Source: Myxococcota bacterium
GTDB lineage: Bacteria > Myxococcota_A > UBA9160 > UBA4427
NCBI GenBank assembly: GCA_965250285.1
Contig: OZ252299.1
Location: forward strand, 3,360,001-3,424,000
Reading direction: 5' to 3'
DNA length: 64,000 nt
The position numbers were made by a program, and so were the translations under genes. The notes beneath the pieces are model-generated. The model was not told the DNA's origin. It saw nothing but the letters and a program-made list of their open reading frames with translations, and ran no database searches. Shown here one piece after another: positions 1 to 9,018 of the stretch (positions are counted from its first letter, which is position 1; each line of letters starts with the position of its first letter).

Positions 1-690
1 CGACGGCTCGGGTACGGCCGTCACCAGGACGTTGTCGAACTTGCCGAAGTCGTGCTCACCGTTGTCCAACCAGAACGCAATGATGATGTTCTCTTCGTTG
101 GACGGCAGTGCGTAGCTCGCGCTCTGGAAGGTGTTGTTCTTGCCTTCCAGCAGCTCGGTCCAGTTGGACCAGGCCTGACTGCCCGATCGGAAATCGGCAG
201 ACCCATTCGATTTGAGAACCGGAGAGGGGCCCACCAGATATCCGACCCGGAGTCGATCGGCGTTCGTTGCGGAGAACGTGCGCCAGTCGAACTCGAGCAC
301 GACGTCTGTGAGGCCGAGCGTGCTGATCTCGAAGTACAGGCCCGCGTCGTCTTCGATGAAGCCGACCGGGGTGTCATTGCCACCCCCACCGAACTCCTGG
401 ATCCCGACGTCGTACGCCGGGTTCCCGAAGAAGAAGCCCTCGAACCGGGCTGAATTCCAGCCCGGCTCATCGGCGTCCGGCGGAACCGGGACGCCATACT
501 TGCGAGGATCGATGCCCGGCGGAAACCCCGACGCATTGTCGAAGGTCTCGCTGAACAGGGTGATGGCGAACGCAGGTGCGCTCACGAGCACACCGAGCGC
601 CATCACCAGCACGAGCAGACTCACTTGGACGAGCGGATTGCAGCCACGCCGCCGGGTCACGCGCACCCGTTCGGATATGGGTTCGCACAT
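1..690 (-). CDS. PEP-CTERM sorting domain protein (3' end runs off the window)
   Basis: Not in the ORF track; hand translation. ATG at 690 with AGGGAG upstream, MCEPISERVRVTRRRG...LLVLVMALGVLVSAPAFA (signal peptide) ...FGKFDNVLVTAVPEPS at the window edge; the frame is open throughout. Confidence 0.85.
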   Translation of the reverse strand, partial: MCEPISERVRVTRRRGCNPLVQVSLLVLVMALGVLVSAPAFAITLFSETFDNASGFPPGIDPRKYGVPVPPDADEPGWNSARFEGFFFGNPAYDVGIQEFGGGGNDTPVGFIEDDAGLYFEISTLGLTDVVLEFDWRTFSATNADRLRVGYLVGPSPVLKSNGSADFRSGSQAWSNWTELLEGKNNTFQSASYALPSNEENIIIAFWLDNGEHDFGKFDNVLVTAVPEPS

Positions 691-744
691 TGCAGCTTCT
701 CCCTTCCCAAAGAGTTCCAGAGCGAACACTGGACTGCGGGGATC

Positions 745-774
745 ACCATACGCTGTAGGCTCAATCAAAATCAA
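745..774 (-). promoter_or_regulatory. Putative sigma70-type promoter for the PEP-CTERM gene
   Basis: Minus strand TTGATT-18 nt-TATGGT in a locally AT-rich patch about 55 nt upstream of the ATG. Confidence 0.35.
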
Positions 775-1286
775 ACGAATTCGACGTCGTCACGGGATGT
801 CCACCGGGCCGACACACTCGGTGGTCACCCCACCGATTTCAAATCGGGCCGCACGGTTTTCGAATGCGAACGCCGAACGGGCCTCTCCGGCGCCTCTCGG
901 CCGCGACCGCGGGGACCCACCCCATACGGGGGGGCTGCGGGCGCAGCGGGGAAGCGGAGGCGTGGCCCCGGGGCGGCCCGCGGGCCGCCGGGTGATGCGA
1001 GCTCCCGCGCTCGCTCGGCTCGGGACCGACCCCGGCGACCCGCCGGGTCGACGCCGCCCGGGGCCCGCGCGACCGTGCTGCAGGCTCTGCGCCGGGCGCA
1101 GCGGCCGCCCGCGTCGGGCGACCCCGGCGGTCGAGCGGCGTCGAGCGTTCGGCTTCGGCGCCGACGGCTTCGGGCGCGAGCTGCTCGTCTGCGTGCGCTG
1201 CGCTGGAAGTCGCCGGGAACTCTTTCGTCGCTTCAGTGTCTGTGCTCTCCAGAACACGGCACCGCAGTGCGAGGAGCGCCCGCTCG

Positions 1287-2255
1287 ATGCCCGACGTCGA
1301 CTCGTCCGCAGAGGATGCGCAGCCCGACCCGCCCCCCGCACGCGCCGCACGACGAACCTGGCCGCGGCGCGCGATCGACTTCTCGCAGGATGCGCGACAC
1401 CTGCAGATCGCCGTGCTGTCGGCGCTGCTGCTCTACGGCGCGGTCGCGCTCGACTTCGAGGTCGATCCACGCGTCGCTGCGCTCGTCATCATCGCGGCGC
1501 TGGCGACGCAGCTCGGCTTCAGTCGTCTCGGCGGCCAGCGCTTCGATGTGCGCTCACCGCTGATCTCGGCGCTCTCGCTCTGCCTGCTGCTGCGCGCAGC
1601 CGATCCGATCTGGCTGTGCGCGGCGGCGGCGCTCGCCGTCGCGAGCAAGTTCGTGATCCGACGCGCCGACAAGCACGTCTTCAACCCGACGAACTTCGCG
1701 ATCGTCGTGCTCCTCGCCACGACCGACACGGTCTGGGTCTCGCCCGGTCAATGGGGCACCACCGCGGTCGCCAGCGCGGCGCTCGTGCTCGCCGGCTCAC
1801 TCGTGCTTCGCCGCGCCGAGCGCGCGGACGTGACGTTCGCGTTCCTCGCCGCCTGGGCTGGCCTGCTCGTCGCGCGCTCGGTCTGGCTGGGCGAGCCCTT
1901 CGCGATCCCGCTTCATCGAGTGCAGAACGGCGCGCTGCTGATCTTCGCGTTCCTGATGCTCTCCGATCCACGCACGACCCCCGACTCGCGGGCGGGCCGC
2001 GTCGCGTTCGCCGTGCTCGTGGCCTCGATCGGTGCGGGCCTGCGCTTCGGCCTCTACGAACCCAATGCGCTGCTCTTCGCGCTCGCGCTCTGTGCGCCCT
2101 GCGTGCCCCTGCTCGACCGCTGGCTGCCCGGGCGTCGCTTCACGTGGCGCGGACCCTCTCACGCGGCCGCGTCGCGCGCGCCCGCGACGCCCTGCGCCGC
2201 CACGCCCGGGGCGCGCATCTCGCACCCGATCCTTCCCATCAGGAGCTCTCCATGA
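1287..2255 (+). CDS. RnfD/NqrB-like integral membrane protein (stand-alone)
   Basis: Very hydrophobic; motifs SKFVIRRADKHVFNPTNF and FLMLSDPRTTP are typical of the RnfD/NqrB family; GAGGAG before ATG 1287. Confidence 0.75.
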   Translation: MPDVDSSAEDAQPDPPPARAARRTWPRRAIDFSQDARHLQIAVLSALLLYGAVALDFEVDPRVAALVIIAALATQLGFSRLGGQRFDVRSPLISALSLCLLLRAADPIWLCAAAALAVASKFVIRRADKHVFNPTNFAIVVLLATTDTVWVSPGQWGTTAVASAALVLAGSLVLRRAERADVTFAFLAAWAGLLVARSVWLGEPFAIPLHRVQNGALLIFAFLMLSDPRTTPDSRAGRVAFAVLVASIGAGLRFGLYEPNALLFALALCAPCVPLLDRWLPGRRFTWRGPSHAAASRAPATPCAATPGARISHPILPIRSSP

Positions 2256-3571
2256 ATCGACCCCTCGGCTTCGCGCTCGCGGTCTTCGCCGCGACCTGGC
2301 TCGGCACCTCGTCGGCCCACGCCTTTTGCGGCTTCTACGTCGCCAAGGCCGATACCCAGCTCTTCAACGAGGCTTCGCAGGTCGTGCTCGTCCGAGACGG
2401 CGACCGCACCGTCATCACGATGGCCAGCGACTACCAGGGCGAGCCGAACGAGTTCGCGCTGGTCGTTCCCGTGCCGACGTTCATCAGCCGGCAGCAGATC
2501 CACGTGGCCGACCCCAAGGTCGTGGCCCACCTCGACGCGTACACGTCACCGCGCCTCGTCGAGTACCACGACCCGAACCCGTGCACGGTCTACCCCGAGG
2601 CCGACGGCGTGCTCTACAGCATGAGCGCGCGCAGGGCCAAGGCCGTCGAACAGGCCGATTCGCTCGGCGTGACCATCGAAGCGGCCTACACGGTCGGCGA
2701 GTACGACATCCTGATCCTCGCCGCCGAGCAGAGCGATGGGCTCGTCACGTGGCTCGACGACAACGGCTACCGGATCCCGAAGGGCGCTCGGCCCGTGATC
2801 GACGGCTACCTGAAGCAAGGCATGCGCTTCTTCGTCGCGCGCGTGAACCTCGGCCAGCAAGAGAAGCTCGGTGTACAGAAGCTGCGGCCGATCCAGATCG
2901 CCTTCGAGAGCCCGAAGTTCATGCTGCCGATCCGCCTCGGCATGGTGAACGCCGCCGGCGCGCAGGACATGTTCGTCTACACCCTGACCCGCCGGGGTCG
3001 CGTCGAAACCACGAACTACCGCACGGTGAAGCTGCCGACCGGCAGCGAGCTGCCGCCCTTCGTCGAGGCCGAGTTCGACGACTTCTACCGCACGATGTTC
3101 GATCGCCAGGTCGCTGAGCACGATGGCCGCGCCGTCTTCCTCGAGTACGCGTGGGACATGGCCTGGTGCGACCCGTGCGCCGCCGATCCGCTCTCGCCCG
3201 ACGAGCTCCGCGAGCTCGGCGCGTTCTGGATCGACCGGAGCGACACCCGAGGCGGCGCGCGCAACGCCTTCGTCACGCGCCTGCACGTGCGCTACGACGC
3301 GGAGCACTTCCCCGAAGACCTCGAGTTTCAGGAGACGCGCGACCGCAGCAACTTCCAGGGGCGCTACGTGCTGCGCAAGCCCTATGAGGGCGAGGCGAGC
3401 TGCGAGCAGGCCGACGCGTACTACGAGCGCCTGGCCGAGCGACAGGCCGAGGAGGCGCGCACCCTCGCATCGCTCACGGGCTGGGACGTCGACGAGCTGT
3501 TGCTGCGGGTGGGCGCGACGGGGCAGCCGCAAGGGCCCGACCCCTGGTGGTCGCAGCTCTGGGGCAACTGA
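2252..3571 (+). CDS. DUF2330 domain secreted protein
   Basis: True start MNRPLGF (AGGAG upstream, ATGA overlap with the previous gene). Signal peptide ending AHA-FCGFYVAKAD, plus EYAWDMAWCDPCAADP and FVTRLHVRY. Confidence 0.8.
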   Translation: MNRPLGFALAVFAATWLGTSSAHAFCGFYVAKADTQLFNEASQVVLVRDGDRTVITMASDYQGEPNEFALVVPVPTFISRQQIHVADPKVVAHLDAYTSPRLVEYHDPNPCTVYPEADGVLYSMSARRAKAVEQADSLGVTIEAAYTVGEYDILILAAEQSDGLVTWLDDNGYRIPKGARPVIDGYLKQGMRFFVARVNLGQQEKLGVQKLRPIQIAFESPKFMLPIRLGMVNAAGAQDMFVYTLTRRGRVETTNYRTVKLPTGSELPPFVEAEFDDFYRTMFDRQVAEHDGRAVFLEYAWDMAWCDPCAADPLSPDELRELGAFWIDRSDTRGGARNAFVTRLHVRYDAEHFPEDLEFQETRDRSNFQGRYVLRKPYEGEASCEQADAYYERLAERQAEEARTLASLTGWDVDELLLRVGATGQPQGPDPWWSQLWGN

Positions 3572-3611
3572 TCCCGGTCGGCTCGGACGGCTGCGAGGGG
3601 ACGCGACGCCG

Positions 3612-4418
3612 CTAACGAAAGTGCCAGTCCTCGGCATAGAGCACGAGGCCGAGCTTCGCCGCGACGCGGCGAGAGGCGCGGTTCGACCAGGCCGTCGAGT
3701 AGAGCGGGCAGCCACCCAGCGACTCGACGGCCCGCGCCCAGGCGACGACGCAGCGCGGGGCGTGACCGTGCCCGCGCGCCGACTCGGTGGTCTCGAGACC
3801 GGCTTCGACGAAGCCGCGCGGGTCGCCTCGCGCGACGCGGCACGACGAAACGACGCGGTCGCGATGCAGCGACACGGCGACCGGGAGCGTCGCGATCACC
3901 TCGTCGACCGGCTCGCCCAGCTGCTCGGCCCAGCGCGCGAGGCGCGGATCGCCGGGGTTGGTCGCGACCTCCCCGCCCGCGGCCATGGCGTTCCACTGGG
4001 TGCGCGCCAGGGCATCGGGGAACCGGAAGGCGGGCCCCGGATACGCGCGATCGTGCTGCATGCGGTCGGCGATCACGCGGCGCATCGGCTCGATTCGGTC
4101 GGGGGGCGGTGGCGGCTGCGCTGCGTCGAGCGCGACCCCGGGCTCGAGGGCGGCATAGCGCGCCAGCTCCCGAATCGCGTCACCGGGCAGATCGGCCGCG
4201 AATCGCCAGACGGCACCCAGCTGCGTTCGCACAAAGTGAAAGCACGGGGCAGGCCCGTCGCTCGGCGCCGCGCGCCCGATCAATCGATCGTTCGAATCGG
4301 TCGCGTAGAGCGCGACGAGATGGGCATTGGCCCATTCGAGATCGTTTCGAGGGGGATCGAACACGTCGATGGGCCACTCCCGTGCGACCGTCGGCTCAGG
4401 CGAGTCCCGTGCTCGCAC
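3612..4418 (-). CDS. GNAT family N-acetyltransferase
   Basis: C-terminal EAGLETTESARGHGHA and YSTAWSNRASRRVAAKLG acetyl-CoA-binding pattern. Confidence 0.7.
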   Translation of the reverse strand: MRARDSPEPTVAREWPIDVFDPPRNDLEWANAHLVALYATDSNDRLIGRAAPSDGPAPCFHFVRTQLGAVWRFAADLPGDAIRELARYAALEPGVALDAAQPPPPPDRIEPMRRVIADRMQHDRAYPGPAFRFPDALARTQWNAMAAGGEVATNPGDPRLARWAEQLGEPVDEVIATLPVAVSLHRDRVVSSCRVARGDPRGFVEAGLETTESARGHGHAPRCVVAWARAVESLGGCPLYSTAWSNRASRRVAAKLGLVLYAEDWHFR

Positions 4419-4641
4419 GCGGCACCGGACACGAACGCCGCGGCTGTCTCACCCGCAACGATCGCCGTCGATTCTCCCCCACTCGGGGACACAGAGCGAA
4501 TAAGATCGAGCGGATCGGTGCATCGTTCAGACGCACGACACCGGGGCGCCGACGCAGCAAGCTGGCGCCCGCCACTCGATCGGCACCGACCCCCGCGCCC
4601 ACGGGCCATTGCCCCCTCGGCCCACGGAGACAACGAGCCAC

Positions 4642-5043
4642 ATGTTCGACCACCCCAACGCCATTCTCTTGAAGCAGGCCTGGCAGGCCGTCGCCGACGG
4701 CGATGGTGAGACGCTGCGCGCCCTCTTCGCCGACGACGTCCAGTGGCACGTGACCTCGGGCAGTCCCTGGCACGGCACGCACGTCGGCACCGACGCGATC
4801 CTCGAGTACCTCGCTCAGGTCGGCGACGCCGGCGAGACATACGAGACGAGTCTCGAAGAGCTGCTCGTCGGCGATCGTTTCTCGGCCATGGTGTGTCACG
4901 TCCACGCCAAGCGCGGGAACCGGGTACTCGAGAACGGGCAGGTGCTGCTCGCTCGCATCGAAGAGGGGCGCGTCGCAGAGGTCTGGACGCTGACCCTCGA
5001 CCCCGACGCCAGCCACGCCTTCTGGATGGGCGGCGCGGACTGA
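4642..5043 (+). CDS. SnoaL-like / NTF2 family protein
   Basis: AWQAVADGDGETLRALFADDVQWHV...GTHVG, RIEEGRVAEVW; GGAG upstream of ATG 4642. Confidence 0.75.
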   Translation: MFDHPNAILLKQAWQAVADGDGETLRALFADDVQWHVTSGSPWHGTHVGTDAILEYLAQVGDAGETYETSLEELLVGDRFSAMVCHVHAKRGNRVLENGQVLLARIEEGRVAEVWTLTLDPDASHAFWMGGAD

Positions 5044-5126
5044 GGCGCTGCGCCGAGGTCCCGGCGCTGAAGTTCGCCCCCGACGCCCGTCACACCGTCT
5101 CGCCGGCCGGTCCGGACTGGTGCGCT

Positions 5127-6557
5127 TCAGCCCGCCGCGCGCTCGAGCGCGGGGAGCAGCTCGTCGAAGAGGCCATCGAACGCGCCGTTGCTCATCACGA
5201 GCAGCACGTCACCCTCGCGCCGGTCGAGCAGCAGCGACTCGGTGATGGCCCGTGCGCTCGCGAAGTGCGCGGCGTCGGTCTCTCGCGCCGCCAGATCATC
5301 GACCAGCTCGGCGGCCGAGAAGAGCTCGGTGACCTCGCCCGTTGCGCTGTAGATCGGCTCGTCCGGCACGTCGAGCACGACGACGCGGTCGGCCGTCGCG
5401 AGCGCATCCGCGTACTGCGCCTGAAAGAGCTTGCGGCGGGACGTGTTCGAACGGGGCTCGAACACGGCGACCACACGCCGACCGTCGTACCGCGCCTTCA
5501 CGGCTTCGATCGTGCCGCGCACGGCCGTGGGGTGGTGTGCGAAGTCGTCGAGGACCGTCACGCCGCCGATCTCGCCCCTCACTTCTTGGCGGCGCTTCAC
5601 CCCCTGGAAGCCCGGCAGCGCCGCGACCAGCTCGCTGACCGGGACGCCCAGCGACGCGCACGCAGCGAGGGCCGCGAGCGCATTCTCGACGTTGTACGCG
5701 CCGTGCATCGGCAGCTGAGCAACGCACGTCTCGCCACCTGCCGAGCGCAGCGTGAAGCGCGTGCCGCCGCCGTCGGCGACCACGTCGCTGGCCTGCCAGT
5801 CGGCGTCGGCGTGCTGCAGGCCGTAGCGAACGAGCCGACACGGGGCATCCGCGACCACGTCGCGCACACCGGCGTGGTCCCAGGCGGCAATGATGGTGCC
5901 GTCGCTCGGCATGCCGGCGACGAGCTTGCGGAACATCGACTTCACGTGATCGAGATCGCGGTAGATGTCGGCGTGATCGAACTCGACGCTCGTCACGATC
6001 AGCGTCTTCGGGTGGTAGTGCAGAAACTTCGGCGTCTTGTCGAAGAAGGCGGTGTCGTACTCGTCGCCTTCCACGACGAAGTGCTCGCCCTGCCCTTCGC
6101 GGAACGACCCGCCGAAGTCGAGGCTGATGCCGCCGACCAGCAGAGACGGATCGCGCCCGGTCGCGAGCAGCAGGTAGCTCGTGAGCGCCGTCGTCGTCGT
6201 CTTGCCGTGGGTGCCCGTCACGGTGACCGAGTGCTTGTGCGCCATCGCCAGCTCGTAGAGCGCGTCGCTGAACGAGCGATACGGGAGCCCGGCGTCGATC
6301 GCTGCCTTGGCTTCGGGGTTGTCGCGGCGCACGGCGTTGCCGATCACGACGAGATCGGGTCGCCGGCCGAGCACGTGCTCGGGGTCGAAGCCCTCTTCGA
6401 CCGGGATGCTCCAGTCGGCCAGGGCCGTGCTCATCGGCGGATAGAGCTTCTTGTCCGAGCCGGTGACCTCGATGCCCCGCGCCTTGACGAGGCCGGCGAG
6501 GCTCCCCATGCCGGTGCCCCCGATCGCGATGAAGTGCACGTGGCGAAGCTCGCTCAT
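5127..6557 (-). CDS. mpl: UDP-N-acetylmuramate:L-alanyl-gamma-D-glutamyl-meso-DAP ligase (murein peptide ligase)
   Basis: HFIAIGGTGMGSLA, GTHGKTTTT, EGDEYDTAFFDKTPKF, DDFAHHPTAV, FEPRSNT, MSNGAFDG. The start may be GTG 6569. Confidence 0.9.
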   Translation of the reverse strand: MSELRHVHFIAIGGTGMGSLAGLVKARGIEVTGSDKKLYPPMSTALADWSIPVEEGFDPEHVLGRRPDLVVIGNAVRRDNPEAKAAIDAGLPYRSFSDALYELAMAHKHSVTVTGTHGKTTTTALTSYLLLATGRDPSLLVGGISLDFGGSFREGQGEHFVVEGDEYDTAFFDKTPKFLHYHPKTLIVTSVEFDHADIYRDLDHVKSMFRKLVAGMPSDGTIIAAWDHAGVRDVVADAPCRLVRYGLQHADADWQASDVVADGGGTRFTLRSAGGETCVAQLPMHGAYNVENALAALAACASLGVPVSELVAALPGFQGVKRRQEVRGEIGGVTVLDDFAHHPTAVRGTIEAVKARYDGRRVVAVFEPRSNTSRRKLFQAQYADALATADRVVVLDVPDEPIYSATGEVTELFSAAELVDDLAARETDAAHFASARAITESLLLDRREGDVLLVMSNGAFDGLFDELLPALERAAG

Positions 6558-6565
6558 GACACGGC

Positions 6566-7732
6566 TCACCCGGCCAGCAGCCCTTCCAGGATCAGGTCGT
6601 GGATCTTCGGGCGCAGCGTGAACTTGCTCTTCTTCGCGATCAGGTGAACCCGATTCGTCAGCATGACGACGATCGCCTCCTGCTCGAGGTCGATCCATAC
6701 GGAGGTTCCCGTGAAGCCGAGGTGCCCGACCGACTTCTCGCCGAAGTGCTGGCCCGCCGAAGAGGCGCCCGCGGTGGGCGTATCCCAGCCGAGGGCCCAG
6801 TCACTGCCTTCGGGAATGTTCTGACGCTGGCTGAACGTGCGCACGAGTTCGCCGGGCAGGACGTCGCTGCGATCGTGCCAGGCGTCGAGCCACGCCTGGG
6901 CGAAGCGCAGCACGTCGGGCGCCGTGCCGAAGAGGCCGGCGTGGCCCGCGACGCCGCCCATCGCGAAGGCGTTCGGGTCGTGCACCTCGCCCCAGATGAT
7001 CCGCTCTCGCCACGGGCAGTTCTCGGTCGCGGCGATGCGTCGCTTCAGCGGCTCGGGCAGCGCGGCGTCGTCACTGCCATCGATCGCGAGCGGAAAGAAA
7101 CGCGTGTCCTTCATGCCGAGCGGCTCGAAGACGCGACGCTCGCAGAAGCGGTCGAAGGGCTCCTGGGCGACCTCCTCGATCAGCGCGCCCAGCACGATGA
7201 AGTCGAGGTCGCCATAGACGGCCGCTTCGCCCACCTCGTGCACGAGGCCGCTGCGCACGACACGATCGATGATCCACTCGCGGCCCTCGGGCGTACCGAT
7301 CAGGCGCTCGCCGGTCTTGCGCTCCTTCTGGATCAGGTTCTCGTGGAAGCCACGCCAGGGCTTGAGGCCGGCCGAGTGCGTCAGCAGATGTCGCACCGTC
7401 ACTTCGCCCTTGTCGCGCTCGCCGAAGGCCGGCAGGTGCTTTGCCACCGGGTCGTCGAGCCCGATCGCCCCGTCGTGAACGAGCCAGAGCACGGCGGTCG
7501 TGGTCGCGATGTTCTTGGTCAACGAGGCGAGATCGAAGATCGTGTCGGGCGTCATCGGGATGCGCTCGGGGCGCACCACGGCGAGCCCGCGCGTCCAGCC
7601 GTATTCGAGCAGCTCGCCCTCGCGCGGCATGCGCGCGAGCACGACGGCGCCCGGCATCTCGGCCCCCTCGATCGCCTTGTCGAGGGCACGCTCGACCTTG
7701 CCGAGCTTTCGCTGGATCAGACTCCGCTTCAT
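6566..7732 (-). CDS. Beta-lactamase-fold serine hydrolase (cytoplasmic, AmiE/YbbE-like)
   Basis: FDLASLTK (SxxK), LLTHSAG, YGD, VHDPNA..MGGVAGHAGLF, GHLGFTGTS; no signal peptide. Confidence 0.8.
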   Translation of the reverse strand: MKRSLIQRKLGKVERALDKAIEGAEMPGAVVLARMPREGELLEYGWTRGLAVVRPERIPMTPDTIFDLASLTKNIATTTAVLWLVHDGAIGLDDPVAKHLPAFGERDKGEVTVRHLLTHSAGLKPWRGFHENLIQKERKTGERLIGTPEGREWIIDRVVRSGLVHEVGEAAVYGDLDFIVLGALIEEVAQEPFDRFCERRVFEPLGMKDTRFFPLAIDGSDDAALPEPLKRRIAATENCPWRERIIWGEVHDPNAFAMGGVAGHAGLFGTAPDVLRFAQAWLDAWHDRSDVLPGELVRTFSQRQNIPEGSDWALGWDTPTAGASSAGQHFGEKSVGHLGFTGTSVWIDLEQEAIVVMLTNRVHLIAKKSKFTLRPKIHDLILEGLLAG

Positions 7733-7936
7733 CGTACGAACCAACTCTCCGGGCCCGGCGCAGCGCGCGGGGGCCGATCGACGACCTCGACCCGATGCGG
7801 GCCGCGGTCGGGCGAGCGGGGTCCGAGTGCGACGGGGGCGCAGGACACGCTCGCCGATACGAGAGGGGGGATCTCGGCGGGTGACGCCCCCGACTCTAGC
7901 AACTCACCCGCGTCTGGATCAGGCGGATCGCGCCGA

Positions 7937-8854
7937 TCAGCGCGTCGCGACCGGCGCCTCGAGCAGCTCGATCTCACCCCGGGCCCCGTCGATGGCCGCG
8001 CGCCCCCCGACGGGCCAGGCGAGGTTCGGCAGCGCGTGACCGAAGGGCAGCCCGGTGACCACGGGCACACCGAGCGGCTCGAACACCTCGCGCAGCAACG
8101 CTTCGAGATCGACGCCCTGGTACTTGCGGTCGTCGCAGTCGACCAGCTGACCGACGCCGACCCCGACGAGCGGAGCGAGCTTCCCGGCCTGGGCCAGCTG
8201 CTGCAGCATGCGATCGATGCGGTACGGCGCTTCGCCGGTCTCTTCGATCATCAAGATGCCGTCGCGAGTGTCGAGCTCCCACGGCGTCCCCAGACTCGCG
8301 ACGAGCAGCGACAGACTGCCGCCGACCAACCGGCCCTCGGCCCAGCCGTCGACGAGCGTCTCGCCCTCGAATCGCGGCAGCGCGCCGGTCCCGGTGAGCG
8401 CCCGCGCCAGGGCCTTTGCCGTCTCGTCCGACGGCGAGTGCGCGCGCTCGAACATCGGGCCGTGAATGCCGATCAGGCCGGCTGCCCGCCGCTGCCAGAG
8501 GAGCAGCGCGGTGACGTCGCTGTAGCCGACCAGCGGCTTGGCCGCGCTGCGAAACGCCTTGGCGTCGAGCCGGTGCAGGATGCGGGGTGTGCCGTAGCCG
8601 CCCCGCGCACACACGATCGCGCCGACCTCGGGGTCGGTCACCAGCCCCATCAGCTCGTCGACGCGCCGGTCGTCGTCGCCGGCGAGATAGCCGCGTCGAT
8701 CGAGCAGATCGGCCCGTCTGCGCGGCTCGAAGCCGAGCTCGCGCAGCAGCTGCTCACCGGCCTCGACCAGGTCGGCGTCGATCGGACCCGCCGGAGCAGC
8801 GATCCCGACGACGGCCCCTTTGCGAATGGCGCGGGCCTTACGAAGAGCAGGCAA
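7937..8854 (-). CDS. ldcA: LD-carboxypeptidase (peptidase S66)
   Basis: CARGGYG, GYSDVTAL (catalytic Ser), IEETGEAPYRIDRML, FGH. Confidence 0.88.
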   Translation of the reverse strand: MPALRKARAIRKGAVVGIAAPAGPIDADLVEAGEQLLRELGFEPRRRADLLDRRGYLAGDDDRRVDELMGLVTDPEVGAIVCARGGYGTPRILHRLDAKAFRSAAKPLVGYSDVTALLLWQRRAAGLIGIHGPMFERAHSPSDETAKALARALTGTGALPRFEGETLVDGWAEGRLVGGSLSLLVASLGTPWELDTRDGILMIEETGEAPYRIDRMLQQLAQAGKLAPLVGVGVGQLVDCDDRKYQGVDLEALLREVFEPLGVPVVTGLPFGHALPNLAWPVGGRAAIDGARGEIELLEAPVATR

Positions 8855-9018
8855 GTCGTACGGACTCCTGGTGGGTGGCCCGCCGAGACGGGGCGGGCGC
8901 GCAGTGCGGCGCCGAGAGTAGACGAGGAAGCCGCAGCAACGCGACCCTCACGCGCGCCGAGATGCCCCGACCTCAGCGATCGACCAAGCGGTCGAGCCCA
9001 CCCTGCGGCGGCAGCGGG

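Noticed and set aside
790..1286. Gene or ncRNA in the roughly 600-bp gap between the PEP-CTERM gene and the RnfD-like gene
   Set aside because: All listed frames are low-complexity and I could not match a known RNA motif; GC-rich hairpins are expected by chance.
212..2251. 1119-aa ORF 212..3571 as a single protein
   Set aside because: Only 2252-3571 is protein-like. The upstream part is Arg/Ala/Pro-rich stop-free frame overlapping two real genes.
6566..7732. Class C beta-lactamase resistance gene
   Set aside because: No signal peptide, YGD and HLG instead of YxN and KTG, and a peptidoglycan-recycling context.
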